Positions 20,842-31,003 of a stretch of 56,120 bases of DNA are shown piece by piece (the first letter of the stretch is position 1; the number at the start of each line of letters is the position of its first letter). The translations under genes were made by a program, and so were the position numbers. This DNA is from an uncultured Clostridia bacterium (GTDB lineage Bacteria > Bacillota > Clostridia > TANB77 > CAG-508): contig CAUWGC010000013.1 of NCBI GenBank assembly GCA_963558405.1, positions 1 through 56,120 on the forward strand, read 5' to 3'. Below the pieces are notes generated by a model. The model made no database searches, was not told the DNA's origin, and saw only the letters and a list, made by a program, of their open reading frames with translations.

Positions 20842-21840
20842 TTATTGCATTTGAGCTTGCACCGCAGTAATTGCAACTACACCAGCAATATCCTTACTGC
20901 TACAACCTCTTGATAAATCATTAACAGGTTTTGCTATTCCCTGGCATAATGGTCCATATGCCTCTGCTTTTCCTAATCTTTGTACTAATTTATATCCAAT
21001 ATTTCCAGCATCTAAATTAGGAAATATTAAAGTATTTGCTGTTCCAGCTACTGTACTATTTGGTGCCTTTGATTTTGCAACTTCTGGAACAAGTGCAGCA
21101 TCCAATTGTAATTCTCCATCTACGTTTAAATCTGGACTTTTTTGTTTAACAAGTTTTGTAGCTTCAATTACTTTTTCTGTTAATTCAGAATGTGCACTAC
21201 CATGTGAAGAATAAGAAAGCATAGCAACTTTTGCTTGTTTTCCTACTAATTTTTCAAAACTTTTAGCAGAAGAAATAGCAATTTCTGATAATGCTTCACT
21301 ATCAGGATTTTCATTTAAACCACAATCAGAAAAAACAAAAACTCCATCTTCTCCATATGAGCATTCTGGTACAACCATTAAAAAGAAACAAGATACTAAT
21401 TTTGTTCCTGGTGCTGTTTTTAAAATTTGAAGAGCTGGTCTTAATGTATCAGAAGTAGAATGTGCAGCTCCAGATACTAATCCATCAGCTTCTTCCATCT
21501 TTACCATCATCATTCCATAGAAGACTGGATCATTCATTAATTCATTTGCCTTTTCCTCTGTCATTCCTTTTGCTTTTCTTAATTCATAAAAAGCCTTTGC
21601 ATACTCTTCTTTTTTAGAAGACATTTCAGGGTCTATTATAGTAGCTCCTGTAATATCTATTGACTTTTCTCTAGCTATATTTTCAATAGTTTCTCTTTTA
21701 CCTACTAATACAATATTAGCATATTTTTCTTTTAAAACCATTTCTGTTGCCTCTAAAACTCTAACATCAGTTGCCTCTGGTAATACAATAGTTTTTAAAT
21801 CAAGTTTTGCCTTTTGTTTCATTTCTTCAATAAAAGCCAT
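20842..21840 (-). CDS. pta: Phosphate acetyltransferase
   Basis: IVLPE, DGELQLDAA, GNIGYK, PVNDLSRG motifs. Confidence 0.95.
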   Translation of the reverse strand: MAFIEEMKQKAKLDLKTIVLPEATDVRVLEATEMVLKEKYANIVLVGKRETIENIAREKSIDITGATIIDPEMSSKKEEYAKAFYELRKAKGMTEEKANELMNDPVFYGMMMVKMEEADGLVSGAAHSTSDTLRPALQILKTAPGTKLVSCFFLMVVPECSYGEDGVFVFSDCGLNENPDSEALSEIAISSAKSFEKLVGKQAKVAMLSYSSHGSAHSELTEKVIEATKLVKQKSPDLNVDGELQLDAALVPEVAKSKAPNSTVAGTANTLIFPNLDAGNIGYKLVQRLGKAEAYGPLCQGIAKPVNDLSRGCSSKDIAGVVAITAVQAQMQ

Positions 21841-21953
21841 TATAATTCCTCCTATTTATTATACATCTACTACTATATTATATAGTGTATTTTAAAAAAG
21901 TACAAGAAAAAAATGACATTTTTATTAAATTATGTCTTAGTGCAAATTATTAA

Positions 21954-23045
21954 CTACTCCAAAATAGATTTTACTACTCCTCTATCTATAAAAGTACCAA
22001 ATATGTTTTTTAAAATTATTAATATAATAGGTCCTATTAACATTCCAATTATTCCTATTATTTTAAATCCCGTGTACATAGCTATAAGTGTAAAAATTGG
22101 ATGAATACCAATATTTTTACTTACTACTCTTGGTTCTATAAATTGTCTTACTATGCTCATAATAATCCATAATATTAAAATAGCAATCCCCAGACGTATA
22201 TCCCCATCTAAACCACAAATTATAGCCCATGGTATCATTACAGTTCCAGAACCAAATATAGGAAGTGCATCAACAAAAGCTATAATTAATGCTGCTAGTA
22301 GAGGAAATGGTATATTAAACTTCATAAATTTTAAAAAATACAATCCTATAATTGATATTATAAAAGAAACTAATACCAAGGTTGCTTCTGCTTTTAGATA
22401 ACCACCTAAAACTTTTGTAAGTTCTTTTATGTGTATATTAAGTTTTTTTATCCATCTTTCTGGAAAATGATGTTCAAGTTGGTCTAACATATATATTTTG
22501 TCTGTACAAATAAAATATAATGATAATAGTGAAATTACAATATATATTATAATAGTAGGTATTGAAGTAATTGCATTTAAAATAGATGTTAAAAGTTCTT
22601 TTGCCCAAATAGAAAATGTTTGTAAAAATTCATTAAAAGAATTATTGGCAATATTCATAATTTCTTCTGGAATTTTGATTCTATTTAGGTCAATACTATT
22701 AATAAAACCTTGTAAAAGATTGTTTGCTTTTTCTACATATACATTAAAATTTTGCAACAAATTAGAAGACTCAGATATTAAGCTTATAATTCCCCATGTT
22801 AAAAATCCAATAATGATAGATATAACTAGTCCTAAAATTAAAATTGCACTTGTTTTTCTTTTTAAATTAGTCTTCTTCATGAGCCAGCGAATTACAGGCT
22901 CTATTAGTAGAGAAAGGATAAAAGCAATTAAAAATGGCATATAAAATACAGCTAATTTAAATGCAAAAAATACTACAATAATTGTAAATACTAAGGCTGT
23001 TAATTTTCTAATTACCTTAGTCCAATATCCCATATCTATTACCAT
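21954..23045 (-). CDS. ytvI: Sporulation integral membrane protein YtvI (AI-2E family)
   Basis: PFLIA..EP, DALPIFGSG..IPW, RQFIEP..IGIHP motifs. Confidence 0.85.
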   Translation of the reverse strand: MVIDMGYWTKVIRKLTALVFTIIVVFFAFKLAVFYMPFLIAFILSLLIEPVIRWLMKKTNLKRKTSAILILGLVISIIIGFLTWGIISLISESSNLLQNFNVYVEKANNLLQGFINSIDLNRIKIPEEIMNIANNSFNEFLQTFSIWAKELLTSILNAITSIPTIIIYIVISLLSLYFICTDKIYMLDQLEHHFPERWIKKLNIHIKELTKVLGGYLKAEATLVLVSFIISIIGLYFLKFMKFNIPFPLLAALIIAFVDALPIFGSGTVMIPWAIICGLDGDIRLGIAILILWIIMSIVRQFIEPRVVSKNIGIHPIFTLIAMYTGFKIIGIIGMLIGPIILIILKNIFGTFIDRGVVKSILE

Positions 23046-23160
23046 TTAACCACTCCTTATCTATATGTATATTTTTTTATAACATATAATGGAATTTATT
23101 GCACGAATATTTTGTCAATAAATCCCATTATTTTAATTTCTTTTTCTATCTTTTTATTAT

Positions 23161-23601
23161 TTATTCAGCATTTTTCTTGGAATGGTTGTCACAAATATTT
23201 TCTAAAGTATTACATAATTCATTTGGGCTGATATTAGTATTTTCTGCTAAATCTCCAATTGTAAGAATTCCTACTATTTTATTGTCTTCAACTATTGGAA
23301 TTCTCCTAATTTGCATATCAGACATCAATTTTTCTGCATATTCAACATCATCATCTGGTTTGCAACATTGAACATTACAAGACATAATATCACTTACTGG
23401 TGTTTTGTTTACATCTTTTTCACAACATATGCTTCTTAAAATTACATCACGATCAGTTATAAGACCTACTACCTTTTTTTCATTATCGCATACTGGTACA
23501 CACCCTATATGTTTATTTAACATTAATTTACAAGCATCTGCAATCTTGTCATCTGGTTTAACAAAGCATACTTCATGACACATACAATCTTTTATTTTCA
23601 T
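23161..23601 (-). CDS. CBS-domain pair protein
   Basis: Two CBS repeats (VGLITDRD; IRRIPIVE..VGILTIGDL). Start at ATG 23601 from the RBS. Confidence 0.85.
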   Translation of the reverse strand: MKIKDCMCHEVCFVKPDDKIADACKLMLNKHIGCVPVCDNEKKVVGLITDRDVILRSICCEKDVNKTPVSDIMSCNVQCCKPDDDVEYAEKLMSDMQIRRIPIVEDNKIVGILTIGDLAENTNISPNELCNTLENICDNHSKKNAE

Positions 23602-23748
23602 TTTTATATCCACCTTTCTAAGTTTTGTCATTATTATTTTAACCTAATTTATATAAAACTATACTATGAAATAAAACATTCACATAAAAAAATACTAATT
23701 TTAGAAAGTGATTTTTCCAAAATTAGTATTTTAATTTTTTTAAAAATT

Positions 23749-24258
23749 TTAAATAAAATCTCGTGGCATTGGTCTTGGTGGAATAACAGGACCATTTCCT
23801 CCTGGATAGTGTGGTCTTGGAGGTCTTTGTTGTCCATTTAGAATTTGATTTAAAATTAAAATTTTAATAAAATCTGCTAATAAGTTAGACCTCATTCTGT
23901 TTTCTTCTTGGATTGTAGTAGAATTTTTATTATCTCTGTTTTTAGTTTCTAAAGTTTTTAAGTTAAAGGAACTAACTATTTTATCATTCTTTTTTAAATT
24001 ATTATAAATATCATTTGTTGCTTCTTCAAGCCACTCTTCTGTTATAGGCATTGAAACGTTTTTTACTACGTTACTTACCAATGGCTGAGTAATTTTATAT
24101 ATTTCTGGATATAACCTAGTGTAATTTATATTAGAATTTGAATATGTAGAATTATAAAATGGTAATATATAATTATTAGTTTCATATATATTTGAAGTAG
24201 GATTTGTTGGATATCCTAATACACTTCTCATATAGTCTTCATAATTTTGATAGTACAT
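23749..24258 (-). CDS. Hypothetical protein, probably spore-associated
   Basis: GGAGG RBS; LYPEIY motif and Pro-rich C-terminus resemble clostridial spore proteins (inference from composition and neighbours). Confidence 0.6.
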   Translation of the reverse strand: MYYQNYEDYMRSVLGYPTNPTSNIYETNNYILPFYNSTYSNSNINYTRLYPEIYKITQPLVSNVVKNVSMPITEEWLEEATNDIYNNLKKNDKIVSSFNLKTLETKNRDNKNSTTIQEENRMRSNLLADFIKILILNQILNGQQRPPRPHYPGGNGPVIPPRPMPRDFI

Positions 24259-24326
24259 ATTAATACCTCCTATTTATTATATATGGTATAATATGTATTC
24301 TTCTTAATAATGTTACAATTTATTAC

Positions 24327-25727
24327 TTATAAATCTAAAACAATTTCTTTAAATTTATTTCCTCTTTCTGCAAAATTTTTAAACATATCAAAGCTAGCAC
24401 TTGCAGGTGAAAACAAGACAACATCTCCCTTTTTAGCAATTTGGTTTGCAATATCAGCTGTCTCTTCTAGTGTATTACATACGTAAATATCCATTTCTTT
24501 ATCTTCTCTGTTTAATTCTTCCTCTACTGCATCTTTAATCTTTTGAGCTGTTGCTCCTAATAAAATTAAGCTTCTTACATGTTGTATTATTGGTTTAGCA
24601 ATTGGTGTATAGTCTAAATGTTTATCATATCCCCCTGCAATAAGGATTATTGGCTCTTCAAAAGAAGATAAACCTGCAATTGTTCTTGTTGGGCTTGTTC
24701 CTATAGAGTCATTATACCATTTTACCCCATTTATATCCCTAACAAATTCCAAACGATGTTCTACACCTTTAAAAAGTGAAACTGCATTTTTTATAGTATC
24801 TATATTGGCTAATGTTTTTGTTGCAGCTATAGCAGCACAAATATTTTCATAATTATGTACTCCTCTTAAAATAACATCTTTTGTATTTAAAATATGTTTA
24901 CGTAAAGAATCTTCACATTCTTTAATAATTCCATTATCGTATATTATTCCATCATCTATTTTTTGTTTACTAGAAAAATAAACTACTTTTCCTGGAGCTT
25001 CTTTTCCAAATGAGGCAGTAATATCATTATCTTTATTTAAAATTAAAATATCGTCTTCTTTTTGATATTTAAATATATTTTTTTTACATTCTATATATTC
25101 TTCATATGATTTATGTATATCTAAATGGTTTGGTGAAATATTTGTTATAACAGCTATATGTGGACTTATTTTCATATTCATTAATTGAAAACTACTAAGT
25201 TCTAATACAACTATATCTTCTGGTCTCATTTCTGGTAATTTAGAAAATAACGGTGTTCCTATATTTCCACCCAAGTAACAATTATAGCCTTCTTTTTTTA
25301 TAATTTCATATATTAAACTTGTAGTAGTAGTTTTTCCATCACTACCAGTAATTCCAACAACAGTTCCTGGACAAAGTTCTAAAACCATTTCTATTTCGGA
25401 AGTAAGTATAGCACCTCTTTTTAATTCATCAACAATCTCTTTTGTATCAGGTCTACAACTTGGACTTCGGAATATAATATCAAATCCAATTAAATTAGAT
25501 AAAGCATCCTCTCCAAAAAAATATGGAATTTGATATATGTTTAATTTTTTAATTATATCTTCTGAAAAGAAATCAAAGTTCTTTTTATCAAAAACTGTGA
25601 CTTTAGCATCTAAGGAATGCATGTAGTCAAGAAGCGGTAGGTTGCTTACTCCTAGGCCAATAATTGCAACTTTTTTTCCTCTTAAGTATTGATTAAATTC
25701 ATTTAGTTTTTCATTTTTAAAATCCAT
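24327..25727 (-). CDS. murD: UDP-N-acetylmuramoyl-L-alanine--D-glutamate ligase
   Basis: GITGSDGKTTTT, GGNIG, ELSSFQL, EHRLE, SPASASFD. Confidence 0.95.
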   Translation of the reverse strand: MDFKNEKLNEFNQYLRGKKVAIIGLGVSNLPLLDYMHSLDAKVTVFDKKNFDFFSEDIIKKLNIYQIPYFFGEDALSNLIGFDIIFRSPSCRPDTKEIVDELKRGAILTSEIEMVLELCPGTVVGITGSDGKTTTTSLIYEIIKKEGYNCYLGGNIGTPLFSKLPEMRPEDIVVLELSSFQLMNMKISPHIAVITNISPNHLDIHKSYEEYIECKKNIFKYQKEDDILILNKDNDITASFGKEAPGKVVYFSSKQKIDDGIIYDNGIIKECEDSLRKHILNTKDVILRGVHNYENICAAIAATKTLANIDTIKNAVSLFKGVEHRLEFVRDINGVKWYNDSIGTSPTRTIAGLSSFEEPIILIAGGYDKHLDYTPIAKPIIQHVRSLILLGATAQKIKDAVEEELNREDKEMDIYVCNTLEETADIANQIAKKGDVVLFSPASASFDMFKNFAERGNKFKEIVLDL

Positions 25728-25745
25728 TTTAATCACCTTTCTACC

Positions 25746-26444
25746 TTAATGTATATTCATTGGAAGTTTAATGTGTTCCATTAATTTATCTGTAGACTTT
25801 GCTATTGTTGTACAATCAGTAACATCTACTTCTATAGTTTTATCATATTTTTTATAAAAACCTGCTTTTTCTTGTAATCTATCTCTTTCAACTATATTTT
25901 TTTCAACTTCTTCTTTAGATACCTTTCCTTCATATTGCATATATTTTCTATTTACTCTTTCATTTAGTGAAGCTGTTACTAAAAAATGATAATCTAAATC
26001 TGGATATATTTGCATTAGTGCTCTTCCAGATAAAATAACATTATATTCTTTTTTAAAGTTTTCAATTAGATTTCTTGCAAATTCAAAAAGTTTTGTGTTA
26101 TCAGCAATTCCTCCAATCATTGAAACGGCCATTGATGATTCTGCTGATTGTATATCTTCTTCTTTAGCTAGTTTTCCATTAATATAAAATACTGTTTCTC
26201 TGTTTTCTAATTTTATAGTAATATTAAATTTATCCATAATTTGTTTTATATCAACATTTTTTAGTTTACTGCTAAGTACCTCTTTACTTTTTCCTAAATT
26301 TAATAATGCATAGACAATAGTTCTATATAAATTACCACCATGTATAATAATAGAATTTGGTATTCTATTTAAAAGTTCTTTACATATAGAAGTTTTTCCT
26401 GCTCCTACATATCCTTCTATTCCAATTACAATATTTTTTTCCAT
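25746..26444 (-). CDS. cmk: (d)CMP kinase-like protein
   Basis: P-loop GYVGAGKT, GNLYR, TASLNERVNR and ERD motifs; divergent from canonical Cmk. Confidence 0.7.
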   Translation of the reverse strand: MEKNIVIGIEGYVGAGKTSICKELLNRIPNSIIIHGGNLYRTIVYALLNLGKSKEVLSSKLKNVDIKQIMDKFNITIKLENRETVFYINGKLAKEEDIQSAESSMAVSMIGGIADNTKLFEFARNLIENFKKEYNVILSGRALMQIYPDLDYHFLVTASLNERVNRKYMQYEGKVSKEEVEKNIVERDRLQEKAGFYKKYDKTIEVDVTDCTTIAKSTDKLMEHIKLPMNIH

Positions 26445-26445
26445 A

Positions 26446-26925
26446 TTACCCTTCTTTCAAAATTTTATAAAATGTATTTAATATTTCTTCTACTATCTTT
26501 ATTTTATTTTCTTTTCTAGATAATTCACCATCTAATTTTATTATATTGTCAAAATATACTTCTTGAGCTTGATTATATATAGAATAATATACTACATTAG
26601 TATCTTTTACTATGTTTTTAGGATCATATCTTCCTATTTGTCCAGTTATTCCAATTCCCCAATTAGAAAGTGCAAAGTTTGAAACATTTTTAGCCATTTC
26701 TCTTGCTGTTTCAATACTGTAAACACTATATTTTTGTATAATATCGTGAGAAACTCCAAATTTTTCTTTGTATTTATTAGAGTATGTTACCAAACTTACC
26801 TCCAATACTTCTGAACTTCCAGAAACATTTGTAAGTGTACTTGCAAGAAATCCTCCAGTACAAGATTCCATACATGAAATTTTTTCTTTTCTTTTTATTA
26901 ATTCCTTAATAATTTCTTCTTCCAT
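26446..26925 (-). CDS. CinA C-terminal domain / NMN deamidase (PncC-like)
   Basis: ESCTGG, GSS, TYSN..K and VYS..TAREMA motifs. Confidence 0.85.
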   Translation of the reverse strand: MEEEIIKELIKRKEKISCMESCTGGFLASTLTNVSGSSEVLEVSLVTYSNKYKEKFGVSHDIIQKYSVYSIETAREMAKNVSNFALSNWGIGITGQIGRYDPKNIVKDTNVVYYSIYNQAQEVYFDNIIKLDGELSRKENKIKIVEEILNTFYKILKEG

Positions 26926-27026
26926 ATTAATTCTCCTAAATTTGTTATGCTTTTGTATTTATTATTTAAAGATGTAAACATTATATCTCAAAAAAGTGTA
27001 GAAAACAAGGAAATTTTAATTAATTT

Positions 27027-27055
27027 GTATAACTCACATATTATAGGGAATACTA
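27027..27055 (+). promoter_or_regulatory. Putative forespore (SigF/SigG-type) promoter
   Basis: GTATA-N14-GGGAATACTA resembles the B. subtilis SigF consensus GYATA...GGnnAnAHTR. Confidence 0.45.
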
Positions 27056-27086
27056 ATTTTAGAAAAGAAATGGAGGTGCGAGGGTT

Positions 27087-27173
27087 ATGGCAGAGAAAAA
27101 CAGTAAAAAGAATAATAACAAAAATAATAGCAATAATTCAAAAGGTAATAATAACAATAATGAAAACAAATAA
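27087..27173 (+). CDS. 28-aa Asn/Lys-rich peptide
   Basis: GGAGGTG RBS; MAEKNSKKNNNKNNSNNSKGNNNNNENK; followed by a terminator. Not in the ORF track. Confidence 0.55.
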   Translation: MAEKNSKKNNNKNNSNNSKGNNNNNENK

Positions 27174-27195
27174 TTAAATTTCATTTTAAATTTTA

Positions 27196-27233
27196 AAAAG
27201 CATATAGAAATAGATATATTCTATATGCTTTTA
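27196..27233. terminator. Bidirectional intrinsic terminator
   Basis: AAAAGCATATAGAA ... TTCTATATGCTTTT between the small peptide gene and convergent uvrA. Confidence 0.75.
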
Positions 27234-27269
27234 TTTTATATAGTATTAAGTTGATTTTCATGTATTAAA

Positions 27270-30095
27270 TTAATTTTCTAAGTATTTCTTTAAAAATTTA
27301 CCAGTATATGAAGATTCGTTTTTTACAATTTGTTCTGGTGTACCAACAGCTACAAGTTGTCCACCTTTTTCTCCTCCTTCTGGTCCTAAATCTATAATAT
27401 AGTCAGCTGTTTTTATAAGGTCCAAATTATGTTCAATTACTATAATACTGTTTCCAGTATCTACTAATCTTTGCAAAATATCTACTAACTTATGTACATC
27501 TGCAATATGAAGTCCTGTAGTTGGTTCATCAAGAATGTACAAAGTTTTGCCAGTAGCCCTTCTAGAAAGTTCAGTTGCAAGTTTTACTCTTTGTGCCTCC
27601 CCTCCTGATAATGTAGTAGAAGGTTGACCTAATTTTATATATCCTAACCCTACATCATATAATGTCTGAATTTTTTGTTTAATACTTGGTATATTTTCAA
27701 AAAATGTTAATGCTTCTTCTACTGTCATATCTAATACATCAGCAATTGTTTTTCCTTTATATTTTACTTCTAGAGTTTCTCTATTATATCTTTTTCCTTT
27801 ACATACCTCGCAAGGAACATATATGTCTGGTAAAAAATGCATTTCTATTTTAATAAGTCCATCACCATTACAATTTTCACATCTTCCGCCAGATACGTTA
27901 AAACTAAAACGCCCTTTTGCATATCCTCTCAATTTTGCTTCATTTGTTCCAGCAAATATATCTCTGATAATATCAAAAACCCCTGTATATGTTGCAGGAT
28001 TTGAACGTGGTGTTCTTCCTATTGGTGATTGGTCAATGTTTATTATTTTATCAATATTTTCTATTCCTTTTACTTCTTTACATTTTCCTGGTTTTTCGTT
28101 TGAACCATTAAGCTCTTTTACAATATTTTTATATAAAACCTCATTTACAAGTGTACTTTTTCCAGAACCAGAAACTCCAGTAACACAAGTAAAAATTCCT
28201 AACGGAAACTTTACATTTAAATGTTTTAGATTATTTTGAACAGCATCTTTTATTTCAATAGATTTTCCATTTGATTTTCTTCTTTTTTTAGGAACTAAAA
28301 TTTTCTTTTTACCACTTAGATATTGTCCTGTCATTGATTCTGGTATTTCTTTAATTTCTTCTGCTGTTCCTTGTGCTACTACTTTTCCCCCATGTATTCC
28401 TGCACCTGGTCCAATATCAATTATTTGATCTGCTGCATACATTGTATCTTCATCATGTTCTACTACAATTAATGTATTTCCTAAATCTCTTAATTTTTTT
28501 AATGTTTCTAATAATTTATCATTATCTCTTTGATGTAAACCAATGCTAGGCTCATCTAAAATATATAAAACACCGGTTAAACTAGAACCAATTTGTGTAG
28601 CTAAACGGATTCTTTGTGCTTCTCCTCCAGAAAGTGTGCCCGCTGGACGTGAAAGTGTTAAATATTCCAAACCTACGTCTATTAAAAATTGTAATCTCTT
28701 ATTTAACTCTTTAAAAATTTGCTCACCTATCATCTGTTCTTTTTTTGTAAGATTTAGGCTGTTAATATATTCTTTAATTTTATTAATTGACATATCTGTT
28801 AATCCATTAATATTTTTATCACCAACTTTAACAGATAAAACTTCTGGTTTTAAACGTGCGCCATGACATTTTGGACATTCCATGTTGCTCATATACAATT
28901 CATAAAAATCACGCATTCCTTGAGATTTAGTTTCGTTATATCTTCTGTCTAATGTAGGAATTACACCTTCAAATGGAGCTGTAAATTTTCTTATTCCAGC
29001 TGCTGACTCATATTCAAAATCAATTTTTTCATTGCCTGTACCATATAAAATTTTTTCTAAAAATTCTCTTGGTAGCTTTTCTATTGGAACTTTTATATCT
29101 ACTCCATAATGTTTTCCTATTGCCTCAAAGTACATTTTAGCCATTGTATCGCCTTTTTTCATTGTACTTGCACCAAATGCTTTTATTCCATCATAAAGAG
29201 TTTTTGTTTTATCTGGAATAATTAAGTCTTCATCCATTTTCATTAAGTATCCTATTCCTGTACACTCTTCACAAGCGCCAAAAGGGTTATTAAATGAAAA
29301 CATACCAGGTGTAAGCTCATCAAAACTTATTCCACAATCTGGACAAGCATAGTTTGTACTATATAAAATTTCTTCTTTTCCAGGGATATCAATTTTAACT
29401 AAATTATTTGCACTTTTAAGTGCTATTTCAATAGACTCTGTAAGTCTACTTCTTATTTCATCTTTTATAACAAGACGATCTATTATTAAATCTATATTAT
29501 GTTTCTTTTTTCTGTCTAAATCTATATCATCTGTTAACTCATAAGTTTCGCCATCAATTCTTACACGTACAAATCCTTCTTTGCTAAAATCTTCTAATAA
29601 TTTAGTGTATTCTCCTTTTCTACCTCTAACTACAGGAGCCAGAATTTGAATTTTTGTATTTTCTTCTAAATTTAAAACAGAATCTACAATTTGATCTATT
29701 GTTTGCTTTTCTATTTTTTTACCACATTTTGGACAATATGGAATTCCAATTCTTGCATATAGTAAACGAATATAATCATATATTTCTGTAACTGTTCCTA
29801 CTGTAGAACGTGGATTTCTAGAGGTTGTTTTTTGGTCTATAGAAATGGCAGGAGATAATCCTTCTATTAGTTCAACATCTGGTTTTTCCATTAAACCTAA
29901 AAATTGTCTTGCATAAGATGATAAACTTTCTACATATCTTCTTTGTCCTTCTGCATATAAAGTATCAAATGCTAAAGAAGATTTACCAGAACCCGAAAGA
30001 CCTGTTATTACAACTAATTTATCTCTTGGTATTTCTATATTAATATTTTTTAAGTTATGCTCTTTTGCTCCCTTAATTATAATTTTATCATTCAT
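27270..30095 (-). CDS. uvrA: Excinuclease ABC subunit A
   Basis: Two Walker A motifs ([18 protein letters not shown]), two LSGGEAQR, CxxC zinc fingers; 941 aa. Confidence 0.98.
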   Translation of the reverse strand: MNDKIIIKGAKEHNLKNINIEIPRDKLVVITGLSGSGKSSLAFDTLYAEGQRRYVESLSSYARQFLGLMEKPDVELIEGLSPAISIDQKTTSRNPRSTVGTVTEIYDYIRLLYARIGIPYCPKCGKKIEKQTIDQIVDSVLNLEENTKIQILAPVVRGRKGEYTKLLEDFSKEGFVRVRIDGETYELTDDIDLDRKKKHNIDLIIDRLVIKDEIRSRLTESIEIALKSANNLVKIDIPGKEEILYSTNYACPDCGISFDELTPGMFSFNNPFGACEECTGIGYLMKMDEDLIIPDKTKTLYDGIKAFGASTMKKGDTMAKMYFEAIGKHYGVDIKVPIEKLPREFLEKILYGTGNEKIDFEYESAAGIRKFTAPFEGVIPTLDRRYNETKSQGMRDFYELYMSNMECPKCHGARLKPEVLSVKVGDKNINGLTDMSINKIKEYINSLNLTKKEQMIGEQIFKELNKRLQFLIDVGLEYLTLSRPAGTLSGGEAQRIRLATQIGSSLTGVLYILDEPSIGLHQRDNDKLLETLKKLRDLGNTLIVVEHDEDTMYAADQIIDIGPGAGIHGGKVVAQGTAEEIKEIPESMTGQYLSGKKKILVPKKRRKSNGKSIEIKDAVQNNLKHLNVKFPLGIFTCVTGVSGSGKSTLVNEVLYKNIVKELNGSNEKPGKCKEVKGIENIDKIINIDQSPIGRTPRSNPATYTGVFDIIRDIFAGTNEAKLRGYAKGRFSFNVSGGRCENCNGDGLIKIEMHFLPDIYVPCEVCKGKRYNRETLEVKYKGKTIADVLDMTVEEALTFFENIPSIKQKIQTLYDVGLGYIKLGQPSTTLSGGEAQRVKLATELSRRATGKTLYILDEPTTGLHIADVHKLVDILQRLVDTGNSIIVIEHNLDLIKTADYIIDLGPEGGEKGGQLVAVGTPEQIVKNESSYTGKFLKKYLEN

Positions 30096-30147
30096 AATAT
30101 TCCCCCAATTTTTATCACTATTTTATTATACAATATCTGCGCAAATA

Positions 30148-30159
30148 AAACAATAGTTT
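30148..30159. promoter_or_regulatory. Putative LexA box variant AAAC-AATA-GTTT
   Basis: Upstream of uvrA; same geometry as the box before the Y-family polymerase. Confidence 0.45.
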
Positions 30160-30206
30160 GTATTAATATTATAAGAGTTGTATAGATAAAATTTTACTAT
30201 ACAACT

Positions 30207-30237
30207 AAAAGACTGGAGAATTACTCTCCAGTCTTTT
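30207..30237. terminator. Intrinsic terminator
   Basis: AAAAGACTGGAG ... CTCCAGTCTTTT. Confidence 0.8.
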
Positions 30238-30243
30238 AGAGGA

Positions 30244-30537
30244 CTATCTTACCGGATATGGGTAAGAATCGCTCATAAATGTTGGTTTGCTCCATTTTCC
30301 ATTTCCAATTATTTTAAGTTTGTAACCAGCTTCTTCCAGCAGTTGCTGCTGTTCTTTGGTTAGTTCTTTTCCATACTTAAAGCATGGGAATAATCTGCCA
30401 TTTATCGCCGTAGTTGTTACCTCAATTATAGGCAATCCATGAACGGTGATTAATTCATTGGTATATGTTTCTACGTCTTTTTTGGTCAGTAAGTTTGTTG
30501 GAGCATTGATTTTTTTCATAATGTTCATCCTTTGCAT
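30244..30537 (-). CDS. Hypothetical protein (orphan)
   Basis: ORF with its own TTGACA promoter and terminator. The start may be ATG 30519. Confidence 0.65.
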   Translation of the reverse strand: MQRMNIMKKINAPTNLLTKKDVETYTNELITVHGLPIIEVTTTAINGRLFPCFKYGKELTKEQQQLLEEAGYKLKIIGNGKWSKPTFMSDSYPYPVR

Positions 30538-30624
30538 GTTATTTGCACATTTGTGTGCTTGTTATTATTATATCATTTTTAATATATTATGTCAAACTAG
30601 TTGTTTTTAAGGTGTTTCTTAAAT

Positions 30625-30653
30625 AAAACACGGTAATAATTTTACCGTGTTTT
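30625..30653. terminator. Intrinsic terminator
   Basis: AAAACACGGTAA ... TTACCGTGTTTT. Confidence 0.8.
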
Positions 30654-30661
30654 TTGAATGA

Positions 30662-30922
30662 TTATTCTGCAAAATAAAATATTTCTCTTGGTCTGTTGCT
30701 TCCCTTTCTGTTCTTTCTTATATAGCACATTCCTTGTTTTTTCATAAATTCAATTTCTTCCTCTTTAGGAATTCTTTTAAGTTCTAGAAAGGGTTTTCTT
30801 TGTTCCAGCCAGCTTTTTAAGACTGGAATTCTACACTTTGTTTTTAGATATTCAACATACGATTCTAAAGAATGAATATCATTTACTTCCCGCGGATTGC
30901 TTATCATATTCTGCTTACTCAT
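30662..30922 (-). CDS. Hypothetical protein (orphan)
   Basis: AAAGGA RBS, own promoter and terminator; in-frame CGG at 30890-30892. Confidence 0.65.
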   Translation of the reverse strand: MSKQNMISNPREVNDIHSLESYVEYLKTKCRIPVLKSWLEQRKPFLELKRIPKEEEIEFMKKQGMCYIRKNRKGSNRPREIFYFAE

Positions 30923-31003
30923 AAAATCATTCCTTTCAAAAGTATATGCTATATTTTGAATAATTATATTATATATAATTTTTATCTTTTTGTCAAATTT
31001 CTG

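Noticed and set aside
26947-27177. 76-aa ORF in the track
   Set aside because: It has no RBS. The strong RBS at 27072-27078 points to ATG 27087 in another frame.
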